From assembly GCA_016204945.1 (NCBI GenBank), contig JACQJQ010000208.1:1-44665 (forward strand): a DNA stretch of 44,665 nt, given 5' to 3'. Shown here piece after piece: positions 18,583 to 27,453 of the stretch (the first letter of the stretch is position 1; each line of letters begins with the position of its first letter). Source of the DNA: Elusimicrobiota bacterium. GTDB taxonomy: Bacteria; Elusimicrobiota; Elusimicrobia; UBA1565; UBA9628. A program made the translations under genes and the position numbers. The notes below the pieces were generated by a model. That model searched no databases, was not told where the DNA came from, and worked only from the letters and a program-made list of their open reading frames with translations.

Positions 18583-19110
18583 ATGAATGGGTTGTCAGCC
18601 GTGCTGGCGCTTATTTTGGGATCGGCCGTTCATGCCGCGGCTTCCGCCGGGCCGGTATCCGTCGACGTCGTGATGGCCGACCATGCGCCGTTCTTTATCC
18701 TGGAGACGCCTCGTGAAATCGAGTTTCTGCGCGTCAGCGAACTGCTCGATAAGACTAAGTCCGGCGCGGCCAGATGGCGGCGCGGCAACATGAAGACGAT
18801 GTGGGTTATCGGCTACGACGCTCAAACGGAAGTGAAAAAAAGAAAATATTTGAAGCTGGACCAGATCGCGTACGGTCAGAAGTTCGAAGAGTTTTCCTGG
18901 CAGGAAGGGCCGTCGGAGCTGCGGAGAAACGTGGAGTATCTGGTTGAGATCAGCATGGGCGGGAAATTCGCGAAAGAAACTTTCACCATTTTGGATGACG
19001 GCAGCGTCGCCACCTCGGTCTCCGGCCGCGGACGGGCAAGAAAACGCGCCTATTCCATCTCCATCGATCAAAAAGGACGCAGGAGGCTCGTGCCCGTCCC
19101 GGGAAACTGA
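18583..19110 (+). CDS. Secreted hypothetical protein, candidate immunity/partner of the upstream peptidase
   Basis: Signal peptide MNGLSAVLALILGSAVHA; shares the lower GC of the peptidase domain. Confidence 0.6.
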   Translation: MNGLSAVLALILGSAVHAAASAGPVSVDVVMADHAPFFILETPREIEFLRVSELLDKTKSGAARWRRGNMKTMWVIGYDAQTEVKKRKYLKLDQIAYGQKFEEFSWQEGPSELRRNVEYLVEISMGGKFAKETFTILDDGSVATSVSGRGRARKRAYSISIDQKGRRRLVPVPGN

Positions 19111-19141
19111 TCGGTTTTAGTTTCAGGGGGGCCCGTCTATA

Positions 19142-19327
19142 TCAGTGGTTGCCGTGGTGGCCGGTGTGGGGGCTGTGCCCGTGCTTCCTGGCCTTGCGCG
19201 TGCGGTGCTCGTGCCGGAGCATCCAGTAGAGAACGCAGCCGATCAAAGCGCCGATAACCCCGAGCAGAACGGCGGTCAGGACCGGCTGCGAGGTCTTGAC
19301 GATCATCGGTATGGTCAAGGGATTCAT
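19142..19327 (-). CDS. Small single-TM protein with His-rich tail
   Basis: 61 aa; TM VLTAVLLGVIGALIGCVLYWML; 8 His in the last 23 residues; starts 2 nt after the Omp85 stop. Confidence 0.6.
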   Translation of the reverse strand: MNPLTIPMIVKTSQPVLTAVLLGVIGALIGCVLYWMLRHEHRTRKARKHGHSPHTGHHGNH

Positions 19328-19329
19328 AG

Positions 19330-20715
19330 CTAGAAAGAGTAATTAATGTCCATGAACACCGCCAAGCCTTCCTGGCCGACGCCGAAGTCCACGGAGCCGA
19401 CGACCTGGGGCTTGGCGACCGCGCGGATCGCGCCGCCGAAGACCGGACGCGCGTAGCGGGCGGCGGCGCGGTTGGGATTGTCGAACGCCTCGCCCAGGCC
19501 GACGAAGGGCGCCAGCTGGAACTCGGTCGTCACGCCGGCCGTCTTCGCCTCGACGAGCTTGAAGCGCTGCTCGACGTTGACCGACGCCATGCCTCGGTCG
19601 ATGTAGCGGCCGTCGCCGTAGGCGCGCAGGCTGTACTTGCCTCCGAGCCGGGATTGCATCCAGAACGGGGGCGTCGGGCCCAGGAGCTGCTCGTATTTGG
19701 CTTGGATCGCGAAGACTTTGTCCTTGTCCGACTCCCAGGGGCGGAACCAGCGCGCGTCGAGGCCGTAGCGGCTGTAATCATACTGGCTTTCGTAGCCGCG
19801 GAGCGCGTACTCGGCGAACGACTGGATGTACGCGCCGCGGCTCGTGGTGACGCCGTGGTCGCGGGAGTCGTAGCCGAGGCTGAAGCGGTTTTCGTTCGTC
19901 TGCTGATAGCGGCGCGAGACCGAGGACGGGTAGGCGGAGGAGAACGCCGAGAGGCCCGTCAGCGGGCCTTCCGTGATGCGCCCCGCTTGGAAGTGCTTCG
20001 AGAAGCCGACGCGCCACGGCGAATCGCGCGCGAGGGGCGCGCCGATGCCGAGCTTGTACTGGGTGTATTCTTCCTTGTAGTTGGACTCGCCGTCCTTGGG
20101 CGAATCGGGGCCGAAGCCGAAGAAGCGCTGGCCCGCGTCGATGTTGTACTGCAGCCGGATGAATATGTCGAAGTCGGTGCCGGCGATGCTGCCGTCCTCG
20201 TACTCGCCCAGAGCCTCGCGCTCGAATTTCGAGTAGGAGGCGCGGGCGATCAGGGTCGCGTCCTCCTGGGGGTAGAAATAATAGCGGTAGGTCGGGATAG
20301 TCTCGAAGTTCTTGTTGTAAGTCAGGGAGGGCGCGTGAATCTGCTCGATGCGGTCGTCGTTCCTTCCCTGGAGAACCCAGATCGGCATGACGCCGACGGT
20401 GATGCCGCGGTTGGGGTCGGTGTCCATGACGGGCAGGCGGATGAACATGCCGCGCCGGAGGGGCTTGATCATCCAGCGGATGGCGAGAGGGCTCTCTTCC
20501 TCCGTGGGCGCCTGCCGGACCGATTGGGGAAACTCGCGGCCCGGGATGACGTCCCGGGAGTCGGCGTCCTCGTTGCGCGTCGGAGACGACGCTCGGGGGT
20601 CGACGGGCTTGGCGACCCGCGCGCGCTTGGCGCGCTTGGCCGGCCGCGGACCGGCCGCGCGCGCCGAAACGCCGATGAGGAGAATGAGCGCCGGGAGCAG
20701 GCGGATCGTGCGCAT
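19330..20715 (-). CDS. Omp85/BamA-TamA superfamily outer-membrane beta-barrel without recognisable POTRA domains
   Basis: Signal peptide from ATG 20715 (MRTIRLLPALILLIGVSARA); YDSRD...G, LGG..SLRAY..GRY.D lid motif; ends ..DINYSF (beta signal). Confidence 0.8.
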   Translation of the reverse strand: MRTIRLLPALILLIGVSARAAGPRPAKRAKRARVAKPVDPRASSPTRNEDADSRDVIPGREFPQSVRQAPTEEESPLAIRWMIKPLRRGMFIRLPVMDTDPNRGITVGVMPIWVLQGRNDDRIEQIHAPSLTYNKNFETIPTYRYYFYPQEDATLIARASYSKFEREALGEYEDGSIAGTDFDIFIRLQYNIDAGQRFFGFGPDSPKDGESNYKEEYTQYKLGIGAPLARDSPWRVGFSKHFQAGRITEGPLTGLSAFSSAYPSSVSRRYQQTNENRFSLGYDSRDHGVTTSRGAYIQSFAEYALRGYESQYDYSRYGLDARWFRPWESDKDKVFAIQAKYEQLLGPTPPFWMQSRLGGKYSLRAYGDGRYIDRGMASVNVEQRFKLVEAKTAGVTTEFQLAPFVGLGEAFDNPNRAAARYARPVFGGAIRAVAKPQVVGSVDFGVGQEGLAVFMDINYSF

Positions 20716-20737
20716 CGAGATCGGCGATTCTACCAAT

Positions 20738-21802
20738 CTAAGGCGCGGGGGACAATTGAGCCGGCGCGGAATCATGGGAAGCGCGGATGGCGTCAAGGCT
20801 CCAGCGGGCCTGCTCGGCGAGCACGGGGTCGGCGCCGGCGGCGTAGTTCTCGAGAACGGGTCGATAGCGCTCCAGGCGCGAATTCCCCATCGCGAGCAGG
20901 GCGTTGCGCGTCAGGCGCTTGCGCACCGCCCGCGCGACGGGAAGCCCCTTCAGGCGAGCGCGTACGCCCGCGGAGCCCGGGCCGGCGAGCTCCTCGAGCG
21001 GCAGCTCGGTCGGCGCCGCCGGGGGAGGCAGGGCGCGGGACGGCTTCTCGAAGCGGTTCCAGGGACAGACCTCCTGGCAGACGTCGCAGCCGTATATCCA
21101 GTCGCCGATCCCCTCGCGAAACGACGCGGGGATCGCGCCTTTGGACTCGATCGTGAAGTACGCGACGCATTTCGAGGCGTCGAGCACGCGCTCCCGCGGG
21201 AAAGCGCCGGTGGGGCAGGCCTCGAGGCATTTCGTGCAGGTGCCGCAGCGGTCGGGCCCGGGCGAATCGGCGGGAAGGTCGACGTTCACGGCCAGGCCCG
21301 CGATCAGGAAGTACGAGCCGATGTCGGCGCCGAGCAGCATCGTGTTCTTGCCCTGCCAGCCGAGTCCGGCGGCGGCGGCGTAGGAGCGCTCGAGAATCGG
21401 GCTCATGTCGCAGAACGCCAGGCCGCGCGCCTCCGGAACCGCCGCGGTCAGCCAGTCGCGGACTCCGTTCATGCGGCCGCGCAGGATCTCGTGGTAATCC
21501 TTGCGCACGGCGTAGCGCGCCAGGCGTCCGCGGCCCTCCTTCGATGAAGGGCGGGTTCCGGGCTCTCCGTAGGAGAAGCCGCACATGAGAACGGATTTCG
21601 CGTCCGTCATCCACGCGCGGATGTCGCGCCGCGACTCCGCGTTGCGGGACATGTACGCCATCTCGCCGTGCATGCCGGCTCCGAGCCAGGCGTCGTACGC
21701 GGGGGCGTCGGGAGAGGGAGCCGCGGCGGCGATGCCGGCGAGGTCCGCGCCGGCGTCGCGCGCGCGCTTCTTGAGCTCGGCCGCGAGTTCGAGACGGTTC
21801 AG
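20738..21802 (-). CDS. queG: Epoxyqueuosine reductase; probable CTG start at 21802
   Basis: WL.AGMHGEM.YM, ARYA...DYH, ILER..A..AGLGW.GKN, CGTCTKCLEACPT, YGCDVCQEVCPWN. Confidence 0.92.
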   Translation of the reverse strand: MNRLELAAELKKRARDAGADLAGIAAAAPSPDAPAYDAWLGAGMHGEMAYMSRNAESRRDIRAWMTDAKSVLMCGFSYGEPGTRPSSKEGRGRLARYAVRKDYHEILRGRMNGVRDWLTAAVPEARGLAFCDMSPILERSYAAAAGLGWQGKNTMLLGADIGSYFLIAGLAVNVDLPADSPGPDRCGTCTKCLEACPTGAFPRERVLDASKCVAYFTIESKGAIPASFREGIGDWIYGCDVCQEVCPWNRFEKPSRALPPPAAPTELPLEELAGPGSAGVRARLKGLPVARAVRKRLTRNALLAMGNSRLERYRPVLENYAAGADPVLAEQARWSLDAIRASHDSAPAQLSPAP

Positions 21803-22269
21803 GCGGAGCGCGAGACTTTGAGGATTTTGAAGGTGCGCGGGCCGTTGGGAAGCTGGATCTCGACCGTCTCCTTCGACTTGCGCCCGAGCAGGCCGGCGCC
21901 GAGCGGAGACTGGACGGAGATTCGGCCCTCGTTCGGATCCGACTCGTCCTCGCCGACGAGCGAGTACTCGACGGTGTCGCCGTCCGAGTCCTGGAGATGC
22001 ACGGTCGTGCCGATCGCGACGGTGTTCTTCGGGATGTCCATCTCCTCGATGATCTTGGCGCTTTGCAGCTTGTCCTGGATCTTGCCGATGCGGCCCATGA
22101 CCTCGCCCATCTTCTCCTTCGCGGAGTGGTACTCGGCGTTCTCCTTGAGGTCGCCTTTTTCCCGCGCCTCGCCGATGTCGAGCGAGAGCTGCGCCTTCTG
22201 CTTCATGAGCGCTTTAAGCTCCTCGCCGAGCTTGGCGTGCCCGGCGCGGGTCAGATAGGTTTCAGCCAT
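21799..22269 (-). CDS. greA: Transcription elongation factor GreA
   Basis: AREKGDLKENAEYHSAKE, ISVQSPLG..LLG; TATAAT 6 nt upstream of the ATG. Confidence 0.96.
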   Translation of the reverse strand: MAETYLTRAGHAKLGEELKALMKQKAQLSLDIGEAREKGDLKENAEYHSAKEKMGEVMGRIGKIQDKLQSAKIIEEMDIPKNTVAIGTTVHLQDSDGDTVEYSLVGEDESDPNEGRISVQSPLGAGLLGRKSKETVEIQLPNGPRTFKILKVSRSA

Positions 22270-22276
22270 GCGCCGA

Positions 22277-22831
22277 TTATATGAAATTGCCCGCCCGACG
22301 GGCGCGGGAAAGGCGGGCCATGGCGGCGCGCAGCACGGGAGCGATTCCGACGCGGCGTTTGACCAATAAACGGAGAGAAGTCGAGCGTTTCAGCGGAGGG
22401 GGGTTGTTCACGTTGACGCCGAAGCCGACCGCGAGCCAGTGCAGACTTCGGGAATCTCCCGCCGCCTCGCAGAGGATGCCGCACAGCTTGCGCGCCTTGC
22501 CGTCCGGGCAGAGCGCCATGACGTCGTTCGGGGGCTTGACCGTCGCGGCCGCGCCGAATGCCCGCAGGGTCTCGGCCAGCGCCTTGCCGCAGGCGAGCGA
22601 GAATTCGCCCAAGCGATCGGGCGCGAACTTCGGGCGCAGCAGCCAGGAGGCGTACAGTCCGCCCGGCGCGGAGCGCCAGCGCCGGCCCATGCGCCCCCTG
22701 CCCGCGGTCTGCGAGAGAGCCCAGACCATGGTCCCGTCGGGAGCGCCCGCCTCGGCGAGCCGACGCGCGGCGGCCTGGGTCGAATCCGCGCGTTTCAGGC
22801 GCACGAGACGCCGGACCCCGGGCAGCTTCAC
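22277..22831 (-). CDS. birA: Biotin--protein ligase (no HTH, short)
   Basis: DSTQ, QTAGRGRMGRRW.S..GGLY.S, KPPND, KLCGIL.E, GFGVNV. Confidence 0.88.
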   Translation of the reverse strand: MKLPGVRRLVRLKRADSTQAAARRLAEAGAPDGTMVWALSQTAGRGRMGRRWRSAPGGLYASWLLRPKFAPDRLGEFSLACGKALAETLRAFGAAATVKPPNDVMALCPDGKARKLCGILCEAAGDSRSLHWLAVGFGVNVNNPPPLKRSTSLRLLVKRRVGIAPVLRAAMARLSRARRAGNFI

Positions 22832-23676
22832 GCGGCGGAGAGATCGAGGCCGATGTCGAGCGCCGGCGCGCTGTGCGTCAGGCGGCCGATCGAGACGCGG
22901 TCGGGGCCGAGCTTCGCCAGCGCCCGCATTTCCTCGAGAGCGACGCCGCCGGACACCTCGATCTTGACGCGCGGGGCCAGGCGCCGGATGCGACGGATCT
23001 CCCGGCGCAGCCGCGGGCCGCGCATGTTATCGAGGAGGATGACCTCGGGCTTCAGCGCGAGAGCGCGCGTCACCTGGGCCGCGGTATCGCACTCGATGAT
23101 CAGCGGCATCTTGGGGAACGCGCGGCGCAGCCGCGCCGCGCCTTTTTCCAGGCTCCTGCCGTAATAATGGTTGTCCTTGATCATCGCCGCGTCATACAGG
23201 CCCAGGCGATGGTTCTGTCCGCCGCCGCAGGCGACCGCGTACTTGTCGAGCGCGCGCCAACCCGGCACGGTTTTGCGCGTGTCGAGCACTTTCGCGCCCG
23301 TGCCGCGCACGCGATCGGCATAGCGGCGGGTCAGCGAGGCGACGCCCGACATGCGCTGCAGAAAATTAAGCGCGGTGCGCTCCGCCGCGAGCAGGCCGCG
23401 TCCGCCCGAGACCGCCATGACCGCTTGACCCGCGCGCACGCGCGCGCCGTCGCGGGCGAGCAGAGTGACGCGGGCGCGCGGCTCGCAGGCCTTGAAAGCC
23501 GCGGCCGCGATCTCGAGGCCGCAGATGACGCCGGCCTCGCGGCTGACGACGCGGGCTTTGAGGCAGGCGTTCTTGGGCACGAAGAAGCGCGTCGTGACGT
23601 CGCCGTGTCGGCCCAAATCTTCTTTAAGCGCGCTGCGCAGCAGCGCGCGCCAGTCCGCGGCGGAAAGCCGGCGCAT
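22828..23676 (-). CDS. nadC: Nicotinate-nucleotide pyrophosphorylase (carboxylating)
   Basis: EDLG..GDVTT, ERTALNFLQ.MSG, DTRKT.PG.R, NHRLGL.D..MIKDNH, ILLDN, E.SGG, SIG.LTHS. Confidence 0.95.
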   Translation of the reverse strand: MRRLSAADWRALLRSALKEDLGRHGDVTTRFFVPKNACLKARVVSREAGVICGLEIAAAAFKACEPRARVTLLARDGARVRAGQAVMAVSGGRGLLAAERTALNFLQRMSGVASLTRRYADRVRGTGAKVLDTRKTVPGWRALDKYAVACGGGQNHRLGLYDAAMIKDNHYYGRSLEKGAARLRRAFPKMPLIIECDTAAQVTRALALKPEVILLDNMRGPRLRREIRRIRRLAPRVKIEVSGGVALEEMRALAKLGPDRVSIGRLTHSAPALDIGLDLSAA

Positions 23677-23678
23677 GC

Positions 23679-24305
23679 CTAGCTCTTCCTCGCGCGGCCG
23701 AGGCGCTCGGGAACGACCGCGCCCGCCGAGAGCGCGACCTGGATGCCCTGCTGGACGCTCATGTCGGTCGCGACGACGTGCTCGCTCGGGACGAAGATCA
23801 AGTCGCCGATGTAGACGTGGTTGGTGGGGACGTAGACCGAGGACAGCCTCTTGTGCCCGCCGTCCGGCAGGTCGAGGACGGTCTCGCCGGTGACGAAGCC
23901 GAGGCTGTAGACGCCGGGGCGGGGGAACTCGACGAAGACGACGCTCCGGAAGGAAGCCTTGTTCGCGGGCGAAAAGGCCTCGGTCATCTGCTTGATCGTT
24001 CCGTACACCCATTTGAAGACGGGAATGCGGGCGAGGACGTCCTCGGCGAACTCGAGCAGGCGCTCGCCCACGACGTGGGAGGCCAGCGCGCCGGCCGAGA
24101 GGATCAGCAGGATCGCGGCGATGAGGCCGAGACCCGGCAGGTGGAAGCCGAGGGCGGCGTCCAGGACGGGAGCCAGGGTCCGGTCTACCCCGCTGACGAA
24201 GGTCCACACGACGAGCACGGAAAGACCGATCGGGATCAAGGTGAAGAATCCCGAAATGAAATAACGCCTCAGCCGCGCTTGGATTTTGCGCCCCACGCCC
24301 TTCAT
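23679..24305 (-). CDS. DUF502 membrane protein
   Basis: RYFISG...LIPI, IP..K.VY..IKQ, VEFPR.G....GFVT, VYVPT; ATG 24305. Confidence 0.85.
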   Translation of the reverse strand: MKGVGRKIQARLRRYFISGFFTLIPIGLSVLVVWTFVSGVDRTLAPVLDAALGFHLPGLGLIAAILLILSAGALASHVVGERLLEFAEDVLARIPVFKWVYGTIKQMTEAFSPANKASFRSVVFVEFPRPGVYSLGFVTGETVLDLPDGGHKRLSSVYVPTNHVYIGDLIFVPSEHVVATDMSVQQGIQVALSAGAVVPERLGRARKS

Positions 24306-24332
24306 CCTATTATTTTTTGCTACAGTCCCGGC

Positions 24333-24896
24333 ATGATCAAACTTCTGATTGCATCTTGTTTCGCTGTCCCTGCTTCCGCCGCCGTGCCCGCGCCTCTTGA
24401 GGCCATGCGCGCGATCGCTCTCGAGATCGGCGTCACGGCGCCCATCGATGCGCCCCTGCCGGCCGCGCCGGCGACGGCCATGCCGGTCAGAAGTCCTCGC
24501 CACTCGGTCGCCGTCTCCGGCACCGCCAACCTATTCGCCCGGGGCCGGCTGAGCTGCGACTCCTGGAGCGCGGAAACGGGCCGGATGCACGGGAAGGTAA
24601 CCGTTTTCGGCGACGTCACCATTTTCTGGAAGGACGTCCACGCTCAATTCCGGATCGAGGGGCTCGCGCTGGTGGAGGGGACCTGCTCCGAAGGCGCGGG
24701 GTGGGTCGAGGGCGAGGCCATTCTCTCTGGAACCGGCGACGCGGTCATCGTCAACACGAGCCCCAGTGTGAGCGGGGGAACGATGATCGTCAACACGAAG
24801 GTCAAGATCAGAGTTCAAGCCCGAGCCGCCTACGTCGATGCAATACTCGCTCCGGAGACGGGGCTGCCGGCGACCTTTCACCCGATCGATTTCTAG
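24333..24896 (+). CDS. Secreted beta-rich hypothetical protein
   Basis: ATG 24333 with TGcTACAGT 6 nt upstream; signal peptide MIKLLIASCFAVPASA. Confidence 0.55.
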   Translation: MIKLLIASCFAVPASAAVPAPLEAMRAIALEIGVTAPIDAPLPAAPATAMPVRSPRHSVAVSGTANLFARGRLSCDSWSAETGRMHGKVTVFGDVTIFWKDVHAQFRIEGLALVEGTCSEGAGWVEGEAILSGTGDAVIVNTSPSVSGGTMIVNTKVKIRVQARAAYVDAILAPETGLPATFHPIDF

Positions 24897-26920
24897 CCTT
24901 TGTTCCTGATGCCGCGTTTCGCGCGCCCGCTCGAGGGACGGCTCGCGGACATGGACTTCAGCTCGAAGAGCTGATCGCGCAGGAGGACGGCCGTCTCGAA
25001 ATCGAGCGCGTCGGCCGCGGCGCGCATGCGGTTTTCGACGTCCTTGATGATCGCGGGCAGCTCCTTGGCCGAGAGCGGCGCCTCGGCGTCGCGCAGGAGC
25101 ATGAGGCTCTCCCTCTTGGCCGCGCTCTGGAATTCCTCCAGCTCCTCGACCGCCTTGATGACGGTCTTGGGCTTGATGCCGTGCGTCTGGTTGTAGGCGA
25201 GCTGCTTGACGCGGCGCCGGGCCATCTCGTCCAGGGCGCGCTTCATGGAGCCGGTGACCGCGTCGGCGTAGAGGACGACCTGGCCGCCGACGTTGCGCGC
25301 GGCGCGGCCCGCGATCTGGATCAAGGTCGTCTCGGAGCGCAGGAAGCCCTCGTGGTCGGCGCCTAGGATCGCGACCAGCGACACCTCCGGGAGGTCGAGG
25401 CCCTCGCGCAGCAGGTTGATGCCCACGAGGACGTCGAAGACCCCCGAGCGGAGGTCCTGCAGAATCTGAATGCGCTCGAGCGAGTCGATGTCGGAATGCA
25501 GGTAGCGGACCTTGAGGCCCTTGGTCGTCAGGAAGGCGGCCAGGTCCTCGGCGGTGCGCTTGGTCAAGGTCGTGATCAGCGCGCGCTCCTTCTTGGCGAC
25601 GCGGCCGCGGAGGCGGGCGATCAAGTCGTCGAGCTGGCCCTCGGACGGCCGGATGATCGTTTCCGGGTCGATGAGGCCGGTCGGCCGCACCACCATCTCG
25701 ACGATCTCCCCGCGCGTCTTCTTGAGCTCGTAGGGGCCGGGCGTCGCGGACACGAACACGGTCTGGCCGACGAGCTTCTCGAACTCGGCGAATTGAAGCG
25801 GGCGGTTGTCCAACGCCGACGGCAGGCGCCAGCCGAAATCGATGAGGGTTTGTTTGCGCGCGCGGTCGCCCTCGTACATGCCGCCGATCTGCGGGATCGC
25901 GACGTGGGACTCATCGACGATGAGAAGATGATCCTCGGGAAAAAAGTCGATGAGGCAGTAGGGCCGCTCGCCCGGCGGCCGTCCGGAAAGGTGCCGGGAG
26001 TAATTCTCGATGCCGTGGCAGAAGCCCAACTCGCGCAGCATCTCGAGGTCGTGGCGGGTGCGCTGCTCCAGGCGCTGCGCCTCGAGCAGGCGGCCTTCGG
26101 ACTTGAAGCGGGAGAGGCTCTCGGCGAGCTCGAGCTTGATGGAGGCGATGGCGCGCTCGCGCCCCGGGCCGTCGGTGACGAAATGCTTGGCGGGGTAGAC
26201 CCACTCCCGGCCCAGGTCCTTGAGCTTGGCGCCGGTGAGCGGGTCGAACTCGATGAGCGAGACCACGCCCTCGTCGCCCAAAGTCGCGCGCACGGCGGTT
26301 TCCATATAGGCTGGAAAAACGTCGATGACGCCGCCTTTGACCCGGAATTTTCCGCGCGTGAACTCCGTTTCGTTGCGCTCGTAGTGCACCTCGACGAGCC
26401 GCCTGATCAGCTCGCCGCGGGTCACTTTCCAGCCGACCTCGAGCGGGACCGTGCGGTTCTCGTAGGCCTGCGGCGAGCCGATGTTGTAGATGCAGGACAC
26501 CGAGGCGACGACAAGCACGTCCCGGCGCGCGAGCAAGGAGCTCGTGCACCGCAAGCGAAGGCGGTCGATGCGGTCGTTGATCGAGGAGTCCTTCTCGATG
26601 TAGGTGTCGGTCGAGGGGACGTAGGCCTCGGGCTGGTAGTAGTCGTAGTAGGAGATGAAGAACTCGACGGCATTGTCCGGGAAAAAGGACTTGAACTCGG
26701 CGTAGAGCTGGGCAGCGAGCACTTTGTTGGGGGAGAGAACCAGAGTGGGCCGGTTCAACCGCTCCACGACGTTGGCCATCGCGAACGTCTTGCCCGAGCC
26801 GGTGACGCCGAGCAAGGTCTGGGCGGGAGCGCCCTCTTCGAGCCGCGAGACGAGCGTTTCAATGGCGGCGGGCTGATCGCCGGCGGGCTGGAACGAGGAG
26901 CGAAGGCGGAACGCGGTCAT
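24893..26920 (-). CDS. uvrB: Excinuclease ABC subunit B
   Basis: PAGDQP.AI, LGVTGSGKT, YYDYYQPEAY, DESH, GINLLREGLD, C-terminal UVR domain. Confidence 0.98.
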   Translation of the reverse strand: MTAFRLRSSFQPAGDQPAAIETLVSRLEEGAPAQTLLGVTGSGKTFAMANVVERLNRPTLVLSPNKVLAAQLYAEFKSFFPDNAVEFFISYYDYYQPEAYVPSTDTYIEKDSSINDRIDRLRLRCTSSLLARRDVLVVASVSCIYNIGSPQAYENRTVPLEVGWKVTRGELIRRLVEVHYERNETEFTRGKFRVKGGVIDVFPAYMETAVRATLGDEGVVSLIEFDPLTGAKLKDLGREWVYPAKHFVTDGPGRERAIASIKLELAESLSRFKSEGRLLEAQRLEQRTRHDLEMLRELGFCHGIENYSRHLSGRPPGERPYCLIDFFPEDHLLIVDESHVAIPQIGGMYEGDRARKQTLIDFGWRLPSALDNRPLQFAEFEKLVGQTVFVSATPGPYELKKTRGEIVEMVVRPTGLIDPETIIRPSEGQLDDLIARLRGRVAKKERALITTLTKRTAEDLAAFLTTKGLKVRYLHSDIDSLERIQILQDLRSGVFDVLVGINLLREGLDLPEVSLVAILGADHEGFLRSETTLIQIAGRAARNVGGQVVLYADAVTGSMKRALDEMARRRVKQLAYNQTHGIKPKTVIKAVEELEEFQSAAKRESLMLLRDAEAPLSAKELPAIIKDVENRMRAAADALDFETAVLLRDQLFELKSMSASRPSSGRAKRGIRNKG

Positions 26921-26927
26921 GCGGGCC

Positions 26928-27359
26928 TCAGCGCTTGCCGAGGGGGCCTCGAAGCTTCACCGACGTGCGTTGCGGGTCGAGGACGTTGGCTTCGAGGCGG
27001 AAGCGGTCAGCGCCCCCGACGACGGCCAGGGTCTCGAGGTCCACGCTGCTCCGGAGCTTCTCCCGAAGCTGGGCGCCGTCGGGCGCGGAGGCCAGGAGCG
27101 TCTCGAGGTCGCCGGCGAAGACCCCGTGCGCGCCGCGGTAGGCCATCTGCAGATCGTACAGCCGCATCAGGCACAGATGCGACTGGTAGCGGATCTCCGC
27201 GATCGCGCGCTTCGGCTTCAGATAAAGCCGCCAGCCGACGCCCGCGCCGGCCGCTCCGAGCGTCAGCGAGAGCGCGATGCGCAACAGCGTTCGCGGCTCG
27301 AAGAGCCGGCTCCCGAGGCTGGAGAAAAAGGACGGAGAGGGCGGGGCGGTATCTCCCAT
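26928..27359 (-). CDS. Single-TM protein with pilin/pseudopilin-like globular domain
   Basis: TM followed by L..LYDLQ.AY....G.FA.DL..L, typical of pilin alpha1-C; no class III signal (GFxxxE). Confidence 0.5.
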   Translation of the reverse strand: MGDTAPPSPSFFSSLGSRLFEPRTLLRIALSLTLGAAGAGVGWRLYLKPKRAIAEIRYQSHLCLMRLYDLQMAYRGAHGVFAGDLETLLASAPDGAQLREKLRSSVDLETLAVVGGADRFRLEANVLDPQRTSVKLRGPLGKR

Positions 27360-27369
27360 GGGTCGGTTC

Positions 27370-27398
27370 ATTATGGAACGGGCCACGGGCCCTGTCAA
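27370..27398 (-). promoter_or_regulatory. Promoter for the pilin-like gene and uvrB
   Basis: TTGACA (27398-93), 17 bp spacer, CATAAT (27375-70) on the minus strand. Confidence 0.7.
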
Positions 27399-27453
27399 GA
27401 CTCCGGAAGGTGTAGAATTCCGGGCGTGAGAACGTTCGAAGGGGGGCGCTGAC

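Noticed and set aside
19145-19333. 62-aa plus-strand ORF opposite the His-rich micro-protein
   Set aside because: The minus-strand ORF has a clear TM and operon position; this one has neither.
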